Below, piece by piece: positions 36,663 through 46,332 of a stretch of 64,000 nucleotides of DNA. Source of the stretch: an uncultured Actinomycetota bacterium. Its GTDB lineage: Bacteria; Actinomycetota; Acidimicrobiia; Acidimicrobiales; SZUA-35. The DNA is taken from positions 268,388-332,387 of the forward strand of contig CAVTAP010000026.1 of the NCBI GenBank assembly GCA_963732695.1, written 5' to 3'. The translations under genes were made by a program, and so were the position numbers. Numbering within the stretch: the stretch's first letter is position 1; each line of letters opens with the position of its first letter. The notes below the pieces were generated by a model. The model made no database searches. It was not told where the DNA came from and was given only the letters and a program-made list of their open reading frames with translations.

Positions 36663-37433
36663 GTGCATGGGTTGATCACCGGCAGCGGCTTCTACGACAT
36701 CCCCGAGCTGGAGGACCGCACGGTCGCCACCATCGAGACCCCCTATGGTCCGGTGCGGCTCACCACGGGCCGGTGGCGGGGCCAGCCGGTGGCGTTCCTG
36801 CCCCGCCACGGCGCCGACCACTCGGTGCCGCCCCACGCCATCAACTACCGGGCCAACGTCTGGGCCCTGGCCCGGGCCGGTGTCACCGGGATCATCGCCA
36901 CCGCCGTCTCGGGCGGGATCAACCCGGCCCTCACCCCGGGCCGGCTCGTGCTGATCAGCGATTTCCTCAACTTCACCTCGGGCCGGGCCGAGACGTTCTT
37001 CGACGGCGTCACCGACCCTGGCTTCGCCCACAGCCGTGGCCCGGTCACCCATACCGACATGACCACGCCCTACGATCCGGATGTGCGTGCTGCTATCCGC
37101 CGGGCGGCCGAGCTGGAATCGATCGATCTCGTGGACGGGGCCGTCTACTGCACCGCCAACGGCCCCCGGTTCGAGACCCCGGCCGAGATCCGGATGATGG
37201 GCATCCTGGGGGGCGACCTGGTGGGCATGACCGGGTTTCCGGAGGTGGCACTGGCCCGGGAGGCCCGGGTGCCCTACGCCGCGATCGGCGTCATCTCCAA
37301 CCCCGCCGCCGGCCTCGGGGCCGCCGAGCTGTCGGCCGACGACATCTTCGCCGTGATCGACGGAGCAAGTGATCCGCTCTATCGTTTGATCGGCCGGACC
37401 ATTGAGCTGGCCGGCGCAGGGAACCCTTCATGA
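36663..37433 (+). CDS. mtnP: S-methyl-5'-thioadenosine phosphorylase (PNP family 2)
   Basis: GTG at 36663. The product has LITGSGFYD, FLPRHGADHSVPPHAINYRANVWAL and GMTGFPEVALAREA. Confidence 0.85.
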   Translation: MHGLITGSGFYDIPELEDRTVATIETPYGPVRLTTGRWRGQPVAFLPRHGADHSVPPHAINYRANVWALARAGVTGIIATAVSGGINPALTPGRLVLISDFLNFTSGRAETFFDGVTDPGFAHSRGPVTHTDMTTPYDPDVRAAIRRAAELESIDLVDGAVYCTANGPRFETPAEIRMMGILGGDLVGMTGFPEVALAREARVPYAAIGVISNPAAGLGAAELSADDIFAVIDGASDPLYRLIGRTIELAGAGNPS

Positions 37434-38128
37434 AACTGGCCATCGACATCATCGCCACGGCCCAGGCCATGAACGCGCGCGGCCTGTCCACCGGTACGGC
37501 CGGCAACGTCTCGGGCCGCACCCAGTCGGGGATGCTGATCACCCCGTCGGGCATGGACTACAACCAGCTCACGCCGGACGACATCGTGGCCATGGACTTC
37601 GACACCAGCTGGTTCGCCACCAACGGGCTGCGGCCGTCGTCGGAGTGGCGCTTCCATCTCGACATCCTCCGCACCCGGCCCGACGTCAGCGCCATCGTGC
37701 ACACCCACTCGCCCTACGCCAGCGCGCTGTCGGCCCACGGGCGGGGGATCGGGCCGTTCCACTACATGGTGGCGGTGGCCGGCGGCCACGACATCCGCTG
37801 CGCCCCCTACGCCACGTTCGGCTCCCAGGAGCTGTCCAACCACGCCCTCACCGCCCTGGAGGGCCGTTCGGCCTGCCTCCTGGCCCACCACGGGGTGATC
37901 GCCACCGGGCCCGATCTGGGCTCGGCCCTGGCCCTGGCGGTGGAGGTGGAGGAGCTGGCCCGCCAGTACCTGGCGGCCCGGGTGCTGGGCGAGGTGCCCG
38001 AGCTGAGCCGGGAGCAGATGGACGAGGTCATCGACAAGATGAGCAAGGTGGGCTACGGCTCCTCGCCCGAGATGAACCCGCTCCCGCCTCTGCCCCCTCA
38101 CGCCAACCTGCTCCACCTCGACAGCTGA
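37430..38128 (+). CDS. class II aldolase/adducin-family protein (FucA/Ald2-like; MtnB-like dehydratase is the alternative)
   Basis: ATG at 37430 overlaps the mtnP stop (ATGA). The product has GTAGNVSGR, LITPSGMDY, RPSSEWRFH, AIVHTHSPYA and LLAHHGVIATG. Confidence 0.85.
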   Translation: MKLAIDIIATAQAMNARGLSTGTAGNVSGRTQSGMLITPSGMDYNQLTPDDIVAMDFDTSWFATNGLRPSSEWRFHLDILRTRPDVSAIVHTHSPYASALSAHGRGIGPFHYMVAVAGGHDIRCAPYATFGSQELSNHALTALEGRSACLLAHHGVIATGPDLGSALALAVEVEELARQYLAARVLGEVPELSREQMDEVIDKMSKVGYGSSPEMNPLPPLPPHANLLHLDS

Positions 38129-38181
38129 AGCGGAGCGCCCCGCCGGGTCGGGATCGCCGATCCAGCCGGCACGATGGTGGG

Positions 38182-39244
38182 GTGACCACCGAGCCCACCA
38201 TCGCCTGGCGTGACGGCGCCCTCGAGCTGATCGACCAGACCCGCCTCCCGGCCGAGCTGGTGTCGCTCCGCCTCACCGCCGTGCCCGACGTGATCGACGC
38301 CATCAAGCGCCTGGCCGTGCGGGGCGCCCCCGCCATCGGTGTGGCCGGCGCCTACGGGGTGGCCCTGGCCGCCGCCACCAGCGACCCCCGCACCGATCCC
38401 ACCGCCTTCGCCGCCGCCGTGGCCGCCCTGCGCTCGGCCCGACCCACGGCGGTGAACCTGGCCCGCATGGTCGACCGGGTGGCCGCCGCGGCCCTGGCCG
38501 CCTCCGGTGCCGGTCGCCGCCCCGGCTGGTTCTCCGTCGGCCGGTGCCGCCCCGGCCGAGGCGGCGCTGGCCGAAGCCCACCGGGTGCGGGACGAGGAGC
38601 GGGAGGCGTCGCGGGCCATGGGGGAGCGGGGGGCCGATCTGGTGCTCGAACTGGTGGGACGCACCCCGGTGCGGGCCATGACCATCTGCAACACGGGGGG
38701 CCTGGCCACGGTGGAGCGGGGCACGGCCCTGGCCGTGATCCAGACGCTGCACGAGCGGGGAGTGCTGGCCGAGGCCATCGCCATGGAGACCCGGCCCCTG
38801 CTCCAGGGGGCCCGCCTCACCGCCTGGGAGCTGGGCCGGATGGGGGCGCCCCACCGCCTGGCGGTCGACGGGGCCGGCCCGTTCCTGCTGGCCCGGGGGG
38901 CGGCCGATGTGGTGCTCATCGGGGCCGATCGGGTGGCCGCCAACGGCGACACGGCCAACAAGATCGGCAGCTACAGCCTGGCCCTGGGGGCGGCCCGGGC
39001 CGGGGTGCCGTTCCTGGTGGTGGCGCCCGAGTCCACCGTCGACATGGCCACCCCGGGCGGTGGCCACATCGAGATCGAGGACCGGGGAGCGGCCGAGGTG
39101 GTGACCTGGGGCGGGGTGGCCACCGCCCCGCCGGGCACGGCCGCTGTCAACCCGGCGTTCGACGTCACCCCGGTCGACCTGATCACGGCCCTCGTCACCG
39201 ACCGCCGCATCGTCCGCTTCGATCAGGGCCAGACCTTGACCTGA
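38182..39244 (+). pseudogene. mtnA: S-methyl-5-thioribose-1-phosphate isomerase, split by a frame change near 38505-38545
   Basis: The N-terminal frame reads TIAWRDGALELIDQTRLP...VRGAPAIGVAGAYGVALAA...RPTAVNLARMVDRV. The C-terminal frame (ORF 38507..39244) reads ICNTGGLATVERGTAL...ETRPLLQGARLTAWEL...GADRVAANGDTANKIGSY...NPAFDVTP. The two halves are contiguous only after a 1-nt correction. Confidence 0.8.
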
Positions 39245-39249
39245 CGCAC

Positions 39250-39296
39250 GAACTCTGACGTCCCGGCCCCCAAAGCGGGATGTCACGTCAGAGTTC
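39250..39296. repeat. hairpin/palindromic element between mtnA and the deaminase gene
   Basis: GAACTCTGACGT (39250-39261) pairs perfectly with ACGTCAGAGTTC (39285-39296), with an inner CCCG/CGGG helix. It has the outer clamp cGAACTCT...AGAGTTCCG seen in the other elements. Confidence 0.75.
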
Positions 39297-39339
39297 CGTG
39301 CCAGTGGCCGATGAAGGCCGCCCCGGCAGACTGTCCCCC

Positions 39340-40707
39340 ATGAGCGTGACCGGGATCGAGAGGGTGGACGTGCCGGTGCAGGCCGGCCGGCTGGTGGCCG
39401 ACTACGTGGTGCCGTGCCGCCCCGACACACCGGCCAACGTGATCGTTGGCGGAGCGGTGGACATCGGGCCCGACGGCCGCATCGCCGCCGTGGGCCGGCC
39501 CGACGAGCTGGGCCCCGCCCCCGGGCCCGTCCGATCCGTCGGCGGGCTGCTCCTGCCCGGCCTGGTCAACGTCCACGCCCACACCCCCATGAGCCTGATC
39601 CGCTCGGTGGGCGACGGCCTGCCCCTCATGCGCTGGCTCAAGGAGGCGGTATGGCCGCTGGAGGGGCGGATGACCCCCGACGACGCCCACGTCGGCATGC
39701 TCCTCGGGTCGGCCGAGATGCTCCTGGCCGGGGTCACCACCAGCTGCGAGATGTACCTGTTCGAGGCGGAGGTGGTGGCCGCCGCCGCCAGCACCGGGGC
39801 CCGGTTGGTGATCACCCCCGGCGTGATCTCCGCCCTCACGCCGAACGGCAACGTCGAGCCCCGGATCGACGAGATCACCCAGTTCCACCGCACCCACCAC
39901 CGGCCCGAGGAACGGATCACGGTGGGCTTCGCCCCCCACTCGATCTACGACCTCACCCCGGCCCAGTGCGGCGAGATCGCGGCCCGGGCCCAGGCCGTGG
40001 GGGCCCTGTTCCACATCCACCTGGAGGAGACCCGCGCCGAGCGGGAGCAGGTGCTGGCCGCCCACGGGGCCACCGCCACCCAGCTCCTGGCCGACCACGG
40101 GGCCCTGGAGGGACCGATGCTGGGGGCGCACGGGGTGTGGCTCGACGCCACCGACCGCCGGCTTTTGGGCGAGGCCGGCGCCGCCGTGGCCCACTGCCCC
40201 CAGTCGAACCTGAAGCTGGGCTCGGGTATCGCCCCCGTGGCCGAGCTCCTGGCGGCGGGGGTGACGGTGGGGGTGGGAACCGACGGCCCGGCATCCAACG
40301 ACGACCTCGACCTGTGGGAGGAGCTCCGCCTGGCCCCCCTGCTGGCCCGGGGGGCCGGCCACGACCCGGAGGCCATGGCCGCCCCGGAGGCCCTGGCGCT
40401 GGCCACCAGCGGGGCGGCCCGGGCCCTGGCCCTGCCCGACGTCGGGCACCTCACCCCCGGGACCTGGGCCGATGTGGTCCGGGTCGACCTCGATGTGCCC
40501 TCCTTCGCCCCCCTCCGGCTCGACACCCTGCTCACGCAGCTCGTGTTCGCCGGGTCGTCCCGCTTCGTCACCGACGTGTGGGTGGCCGGCCGGCCGCGTG
40601 GTGGCCGGGCGCCGCCTGGCCACGGTGGATCTGGGCGCCGTCATGGCCGAGGGCCAGCGCCGGGCCGACCGCCTGGCCGGGGCCTGAACGCCCGATCGTC
40701 GGCTTGA
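39340..40707 (+). CDS. mtaD: amidohydrolase, 5-methylthioadenosine/S-adenosylhomocysteine (5'-deoxyadenosine) deaminase-like; C-terminal tail frameshifted
   Basis: ATG at 39340. The product has PGLVNVHAHTPMSL, FHIHLEET, HGVWL and GVGTDGPASNDDLD. After VWVAGR the expected ending VVAGRRLATVDLGAVMAEGQRRADRLAGA-stop lies in another frame (ORF 40472..40687). The shift is near 40585-40600, so the true end is probably 40687. Confidence 0.8.
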   Translation: MSVTGIERVDVPVQAGRLVADYVVPCRPDTPANVIVGGAVDIGPDGRIAAVGRPDELGPAPGPVRSVGGLLLPGLVNVHAHTPMSLIRSVGDGLPLMRWLKEAVWPLEGRMTPDDAHVGMLLGSAEMLLAGVTTSCEMYLFEAEVVAAAASTGARLVITPGVISALTPNGNVEPRIDEITQFHRTHHRPEERITVGFAPHSIYDLTPAQCGEIAARAQAVGALFHIHLEETRAEREQVLAAHGATATQLLADHGALEGPMLGAHGVWLDATDRRLLGEAGAAVAHCPQSNLKLGSGIAPVAELLAAGVTVGVGTDGPASNDDLDLWEELRLAPLLARGAGHDPEAMAAPEALALATSGAARALALPDVGHLTPGTWADVVRVDLDVPSFAPLRLDTLLTQLVFAGSSRFVTDVWVAGRPRGGRAPPGHGGSGRRHGRGPAPGRPPGRGLNARSSA

Positions 40708-40875
40708 CGAGGGCCTGCTATCCACTCTGATCAGGGCTTTCCCTACCGTGACGGAGGGCACACCCCCAGTGACAGCCCGATGAACCTATGTTTCGGTCCG
40801 TTGGCAACCCGTGGACCCGGATGGTGCCAGGGTTAGGCTCCGCCGGATTGAGACGGCGCACGTGGAGGATCCCGA

Positions 40876-42096
40876 ATGCGTAAGAGACTGATGATGCTGC
40901 TCGGCCTGCTGGCCGTGTTCAGCCTGGTGGCGGCGGCCTGTGGTTCGTCGACCGACGAGGGCACGGACACCACCGGCGACAGCACGGCCACCACCGAGGG
41001 CGGCAGCTCGGCCACCACTGAGGGCACCGACACCTCGGAGGCGACGGAGGACACGACGGGTGGCGACGCAGCCAGCTCATTCGTGACGCTCGACCAGCGC
41101 TGCACCGAGGTGGGCAAGGTCGAGCTTCCGGCCGACTTCAACGTCGTGCTCGTCACCGATGTGGGCAAGGTGACCGACGGGACCTTCAACCAGTACGCCT
41201 ACGAGGGGATGCAGGCGGCCGAGAAGTGCTTCGGCTTCAAGAGCAGCTTCATCGAGACGGCGTCCGAGGCCGACTACGCCAACAACATCGCTACCGCCCT
41301 CAGCAGCAGCCCCGAGGTGATCATCACCGTCGGCTTCCTGCTGGCCAGCGACACCATGACGGCGGCCCAGGCCAACCCCGAGGTCAACTTCATCGGGGTC
41401 GACCAGTTCCAGCCCGAGTATCCGGCCAACTACGCCGGCGTGCAGTTCAACGAGCAGGAGGGCGGCTACATGGCCGGCGCCTTCGCCGCCGCCTTGTCCG
41501 AGAGCGGTGTGATCGGCGTCGTCGCCGGCCGGGAGGACGTGCCGCCGGTGGTCAAGTTCGTCAACGGCTACACCAAGGGCGCCCAGTCGGTGAACCCCGA
41601 CATCCAGGTGCTGTCGATCTACAACGAGAGCTTCACCGACTCGGCCAAGGGTGCCTCCGACGCCCAGCAGTTCATCGGCGAGGGTGCCGACGTGATCTTC
41701 GGCGCCGGCGGCCAGACCGGCTCCGGCGGTGTGAAGGCGGCGGCCGAGGGTGGACTGTGGGCCATCGGCGTCGACCAGGACGAGTACAACACCACCTTCG
41801 GCAAGGGCTCGGTGCCCGGGGCCGACAAGCTGGCCACCTCCGCCGTCAAGCGGGTGGACCTGTCGGTGTTCGACAATCTCGCCGCCGAGCTGCAGGGCTC
41901 GTTCAAGGGTGGGCTGTACGTGCTGACGGCCGAGAACAACGGCATCACCTACGCCCCCGCCCACGATGCCAAGATCCCGGCCGAGGCGGCCAAGGTGCTG
42001 GAAGACACCCGGGCCGGGCTGGCCGACGGCTCGATCGACACCGGCGTGTGCGGCATCGACGGCCTGTTCATCGGCGAGAAGAGCGCCTGCGACTAG
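40876..42096 (+). CDS. BMP-family (Med/PnrA-like) ABC transporter substrate-binding lipoprotein
   Basis: 406-aa ORF with GGAGGA 6 nt upstream and a signal peptide with lipobox LVAAAC. It also has DVGKVTDGTFNQYAYEG and GVVAGREDVPPVVKFVNGY. Confidence 0.9.
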   Translation: MRKRLMMLLGLLAVFSLVAAACGSSTDEGTDTTGDSTATTEGGSSATTEGTDTSEATEDTTGGDAASSFVTLDQRCTEVGKVELPADFNVVLVTDVGKVTDGTFNQYAYEGMQAAEKCFGFKSSFIETASEADYANNIATALSSSPEVIITVGFLLASDTMTAAQANPEVNFIGVDQFQPEYPANYAGVQFNEQEGGYMAGAFAAALSESGVIGVVAGREDVPPVVKFVNGYTKGAQSVNPDIQVLSIYNESFTDSAKGASDAQQFIGEGADVIFGAGGQTGSGGVKAAAEGGLWAIGVDQDEYNTTFGKGSVPGADKLATSAVKRVDLSVFDNLAAELQGSFKGGLYVLTAENNGITYAPAHDAKIPAEAAKVLEDTRAGLADGSIDTGVCGIDGLFIGEKSACD

Positions 42097-42276
42097 GAAC
42101 CCGCAGGGTCCCGTGTGCCCTTCGGGCATCTGGGGTTCGCCTGCGGCGAACACCGAATCGACCGGGGGTCGGCCAGTCGGGCCGGCCCCCGGGTCGCGTC
42201 CCACAGGGGGAAACGTTGATAGGGACGGGCGCAACCTCTAGGGTCATCGCACCCTTCCGACGCGAGGAGTTGCAGC

Positions 42277-43852
42277 ATGGCTGACGGCGAGCGCACCCCG
42301 GTTCTCGAGGTTCGCGGCGTCACCAAGACCTTCCCCGGCGTCATCGCCAACGAGGACATCGATCTCACGCTCAACGAAGGCGAGATCCACTGCCTCCTGG
42401 GGGAAAACGGGGCCGGCAAGTCCACCCTCGTCAACACGATCTTCGGGCTCTACCAGCCCGACAAGGGCGAGGTGCTGCTGCGGGGCGAGCCGATCACGTT
42501 CTCCGGCAGCGCCGAGGCCATCGCCCAGGGCATCGGGATGGTCCACCAGCACTTCCAGCTGATCCCGGTGTTCACCGTGGCCGAGAACGTGGTGTCTGGG
42601 CAACGAGGTGGCGAATGGTCCGTTCCTCGACATGGCCACCGCCCGGAAGCGAATCGTCGAGCTGGGCGAGCGCTACGGTCTGCGGATCGACCCCGATGCC
42701 CGCATCGGCGACCTGTCGGTGGGCGAGCAGCAGCGGGTCGAGCTGATCAAGGCCCTGTACCGGGAGGCCGACATCCTGATCCTCGACGAGCCAACGGCGG
42801 TGCTCACCCCGGGCGAGGTCGACGACTTCTTCGAGGTGGTCCGCACCCTGGTGGCCCAGGGCAAGTCGATCATCTTCATCACCCACAAGTTGCGGGAGGT
42901 GCTGGCGGTGGCCGACCGGATCACCGTCCTGCGCAACGGCCGGGTGGTTGGCACCGCCGATCCGGCCACCGCCACCCAGCAGTCGCTGGCCAACCTGATG
43001 GTGGGCCGGGACGTGGTGTTCCAGGTCGAGAAGTCGGCGGCCGAGCCGGGCGAGGTGGCGATCCGGGTGACGAACCTGACCATCGACGACGGGCGCGGCG
43101 TGCGGGCCGTCGACGATCTCAGCCTGGAGATCCGGGCCGGCGAGATCTTCGGGATCGCCGGGGTTCAGGGCAACGGCCAGCGGGAGCTGGTGGAGGCCAT
43201 GGCCGGCATGGTGCACCCGGCCCGAGGCCGCATCGAGTACCTGGGCGTCGACGCCACCCACCGCAGCCCCCGCCAGATCACCGAGCTGGGCGTGGCCCAC
43301 GTGCCCGAGGACCGAAACAAGCACGGCCTGGTCGGCCCGTTCTCCATCGCCGACAACCTGGTGCTCAACCGGTACCGCCAGGCCCCCTTCGCCCGCCGCT
43401 GGTTGCGCAACACCGCCGCCATCGACGCCGAGGCCACCCGGCTGGTGAAGGAGTTCGACGTGCGCACCCCGGGCATACACGCCCCGGTCGAGAACCTGTC
43501 GGGCGGCAACCAGCAGAAGGTGATCATCGCCCGGGAGCTGACGGGCCACGTGCCCGTGCTGCTGGTGGCCCAGCCCACCCGGGGTCTCGACGTGGGATCG
43601 ATCGAGTTCATCCACCGCCAGATCATCGCCCAGCGAGACCAGGGAACGGCCGTGCTGCTGGTCAGCGCCGAGCTCGACGAGATCCTGTCGCTGTCCGACC
43701 GGATCGGCGTCCTCTACCGGGGCCGGCTGGTGGGCACATTCGACGCAGACCATGTGACCAGGGAGGAGCTGGGCTACCTGATGGCCACCGGCGCATCACC
43801 CGACGACCACGAGGCGGCCGCTGCCGCCTCGGCGGCTGGAGCAGGCTCGTGA
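42277..43852 (+). pseudogene. ABC transporter ATP-binding protein (two NBDs), split by a 1-nt insertion near 42593-42595
   Basis: Frame 1 reads GENGAGKST (Walker A) ...FTVAENVV. The continuation LGNEVANGPFLDMATARKRI...LSVGEQQRVELIKAL...ILILDEPT lies in the frame of ORF 42608..43852, which also carries the second NBD (LSGGNQQKV). Confidence 0.85.
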
Positions 43853-45025
43853 GCCCGCCAGCTGCCGCCGCCCCCGCTCCCGACCCCACCCCCGCCGGCG
43901 GGGCCTCCGCCCGGGCCAAGATCCTGCAGGCGTTCGACCTCCAGCCGGTGCTCGTCCCGTTCTACGCCATCGTGCTGGCGGTCGTGGTGGGCGGCGTGCT
44001 GATGACGCTGACCGGGGCCAACCCCTTCGAGGCCTACTGGGCGCTGCTTCGGGGGATGTTCGGCTCGCCCGACCGGGTGGCCGGGTCCATCGCCCGCTCC
44101 GTGCCCTTCATCGGCTCGGCCCTGGCCGTGGCCTTCGCCTTCCGGGCCGGGCTGTTCAACATCGGCGGAGAGGGCCAGCTGCTGATCGGCGGGGTCACCG
44201 CGGCCTGGGTCGGGAACCTGGGACGTCGTCCACCGCCTCCCCGGGATCGCCGCCATTCCCGTGGTGGTGCTGGCCGGCATGGTCGGCGGGGCGCTGTGGG
44301 GCGGCATCCCCGGCGTGCTGCGGGCCAAGACCGGCGCCCACGAGGTGATCAGCACGATCATGCTCAACAACGTGGGCCTGTTCCTGGTCCGGTGGATGGT
44401 CAACTCCCAGAAGCCGGTGGTGCTGCGAGACCCCACGGCCAGCGTTCCCCGCACGGCGGAGGTGGCCGGCTCGGCCCGCCTGCCGGAGCTGTGGAGCAGC
44501 CAGCCCCGGCTCCACCTCGGTCTCTTCCTGCTCATCGCGGCGGCGATTGTCATCTGGTTCGTCCTCAACCGCACCACGTTCGGCTTCGCCGTCACCACCA
44601 CCGGCACCAACCCCGACGCCGCCCACTACGCCGGCATCAGCGTGGGGGCGGTGATCATCGCTTCGATGGTGGTATCGGGGTCGCTGGCCGGCCTGGCCGC
44701 CGCCTCCGAGGTGTCGGGCACCAACGGCTTCTACCAGCCCGGCACGTTCGCCTCCATGGGCTTCGACGGGATCGCCATCGCCCTGCTGGCCCGGGCCAAC
44801 CCGATCGGGATCCTGCCGGCCGCGCTGCTGTGGGGCTCGATGCTGTCGGGGGCCGGGCTCATGCAGCAGGAGGCCAACGTGTCCATCGACGTGGTCCGGG
44901 TGGTCCAGGCCATGGTGCTGCTGTTCGTGGCGGCCGACGCCATCGTCCGCTACCTGTTCCGGATCCGGCGTGACAGTGGGCCCCACCTGGTGACGACGGC
45001 CAGCGCCGGGCTGGCGGGCCGATGA
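43849..45025 (+). pseudogene. ABC transporter permease 1, split by a frame change near 44219-44222
   Basis: GTG at 43849 overlaps the ATPase stop (GTGA). Frame 1 reads VPFYAIVLAVVVGGVLMTL...FNIGGEGQLLIGGVTAAWVGNL. The continuation DVVHRLPGIAAIPVVVLAGMVGGALWGGIPGVLRAKTGAHEVISTIMLNN lies in the frame of ORF 44261..45025. Confidence 0.8.
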
Positions 45026-46332
45026 CCACCGCCACCGGCATCGAGCCGGTATCCACCGCCACCCGCTCCTTCCGGATGGGGCGGGTTCAGGGCATCGGCG
45101 TCGCCTTCGGCATCGTGGGCCTGCTGCTGGTGACCCTGCTGGCGCCGGGATTGTCGTCGAAACGCAAGGCGTTCGCCTTCGAGCCGCCGCCCGACCCTTT
45201 GACGTGGTCGTTCAGCCCGCCCACCGTGGTCCGGGTCATCGGCCTGGTGCTGATCGTCACCGCCGTGCTCAGCCTGGTCCCGGCGGTGCCGGCCCGGCTG
45301 GCCGGTGCCGCCCGGATGGTGTCGGCCATCCTGTTCGTGCCCCTGGTGCTGGCCGTCGGCCTGGCGCTGTCGGGGGCGCCCAGCACCAACGTGATCAACC
45401 TGCTGGGTGAGTCGCTGGTGCTGGCCACGCCGCTGGCCCTGGGGTCGATGACGGGCCTGTGGTGCGAGCGGTCGGGGATCGTCAACATCGGCATCGAGGG
45501 CATGATGCTGTCGGGGGCCGGGGTCGGCTTCATGTCCTACGCCCTGCTCGGCGGGGCCAACAGCACGCCGTGGCTGTGGTTCTCGATCCTGGTGGCGGTC
45601 CTCGTGGGCGGCCTGCTGGCGGCCCTGCACGCCGTGCTCAGCATCCGCTACAACGTCAACCAGATCATCTCCGGTGTGGTGATCAACCTGTTCGCCCTGG
45701 GCTTCACCGGCTTCATCCGCTCCGAGGTGATCGTGCCCTCCGGTGTGGCCACCGGCACCGGCACCTCGGAGATCGGCATTCCCCTCCTGAGCAGGCTCCC
45801 GATCGTGGGTGGTGACCTGTTCCGGGGCAAGCCGATCTACTTCATGATGTTCCTGGTGGTGTTTCTCACCTGGTTGGTGATGTTCCGCACCCGCTGGGGC
45901 CTGCGGGTGCGGTCCTGCGGCGAGAACCCGCACGCCGCCGAGACCCTCGGCATCGATGTCATCCGGGTCCGCTATCAGGCGGTGATCCTGGGCGGCCTGA
46001 TCGCCGGTCTGGCCGGGGCCTGGTTCTCGCTGGAGGCCCAGGCCCGGTTCGAGGACGGCATGACCAACGCCGCCGGCTTCATCGCCCTGGCCGCCCTCAT
46101 CTTCGGCAAATGGACGCCGTGGGGCGCCTTCTCCGGCGCCCTGCTGTTCGGGTTCGCCCGGGCGCTGGGATCGCGCCTGCAGTTTCTCAAGGTATCGGTA
46201 GGCGACTTCGCCGTGCCCAGCGAGTTCTTCCAGAGCCTGCCCTTCCTGGTGACGCTGGTGGTGGTGGCCGGCGCCCTGGGCCGGGCCATCCCGCCGGCGG
46301 CCGAGGGCCAGCCCTACAACCGCTCCGCGTGA
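45022..46332 (+). CDS. ABC transporter permease 2
   Basis: 436-aa ORF with ATGA overlap to permease 1. It has SGIVNIGIEGMMLSGAG and is multi-span. Confidence 0.85.
   Translation: MTTATGIEPVSTATRSFRMGRVQGIGVAFGIVGLLLVTLLAPGLSSKRKAFAFEPPPDPLTWSFSPPTVVRVIGLVLIVTAVLSLVPAVPARLAGAARMVSAILFVPLVLAVGLALSGAPSTNVINLLGESLVLATPLALGSMTGLWCERSGIVNIGIEGMMLSGAGVGFMSYALLGGANSTPWLWFSILVAVLVGGLLAALHAVLSIRYNVNQIISGVVINLFALGFTGFIRSEVIVPSGVATGTGTSEIGIPLLSRLPIVGGDLFRGKPIYFMMFLVVFLTWLVMFRTRWGLRVRSCGENPHAAETLGIDVIRVRYQAVILGGLIAGLAGAWFSLEAQARFEDGMTNAAGFIALAALIFGKWTPWGAFSGALLFGFARALGSRLQFLKVSVGDFAVPSEFFQSLPFLVTLVVVAGALGRAIPPAAEGQPYNRSA

Noticed and set aside
40688-40875. A ZTP, purine or other known riboswitch upstream of the BMP transporter.
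   Set aside because: I could not find the conserved core sequences of those classes by eye. It is kept only as a low-interest structured-leader observation pending an Rfam scan.
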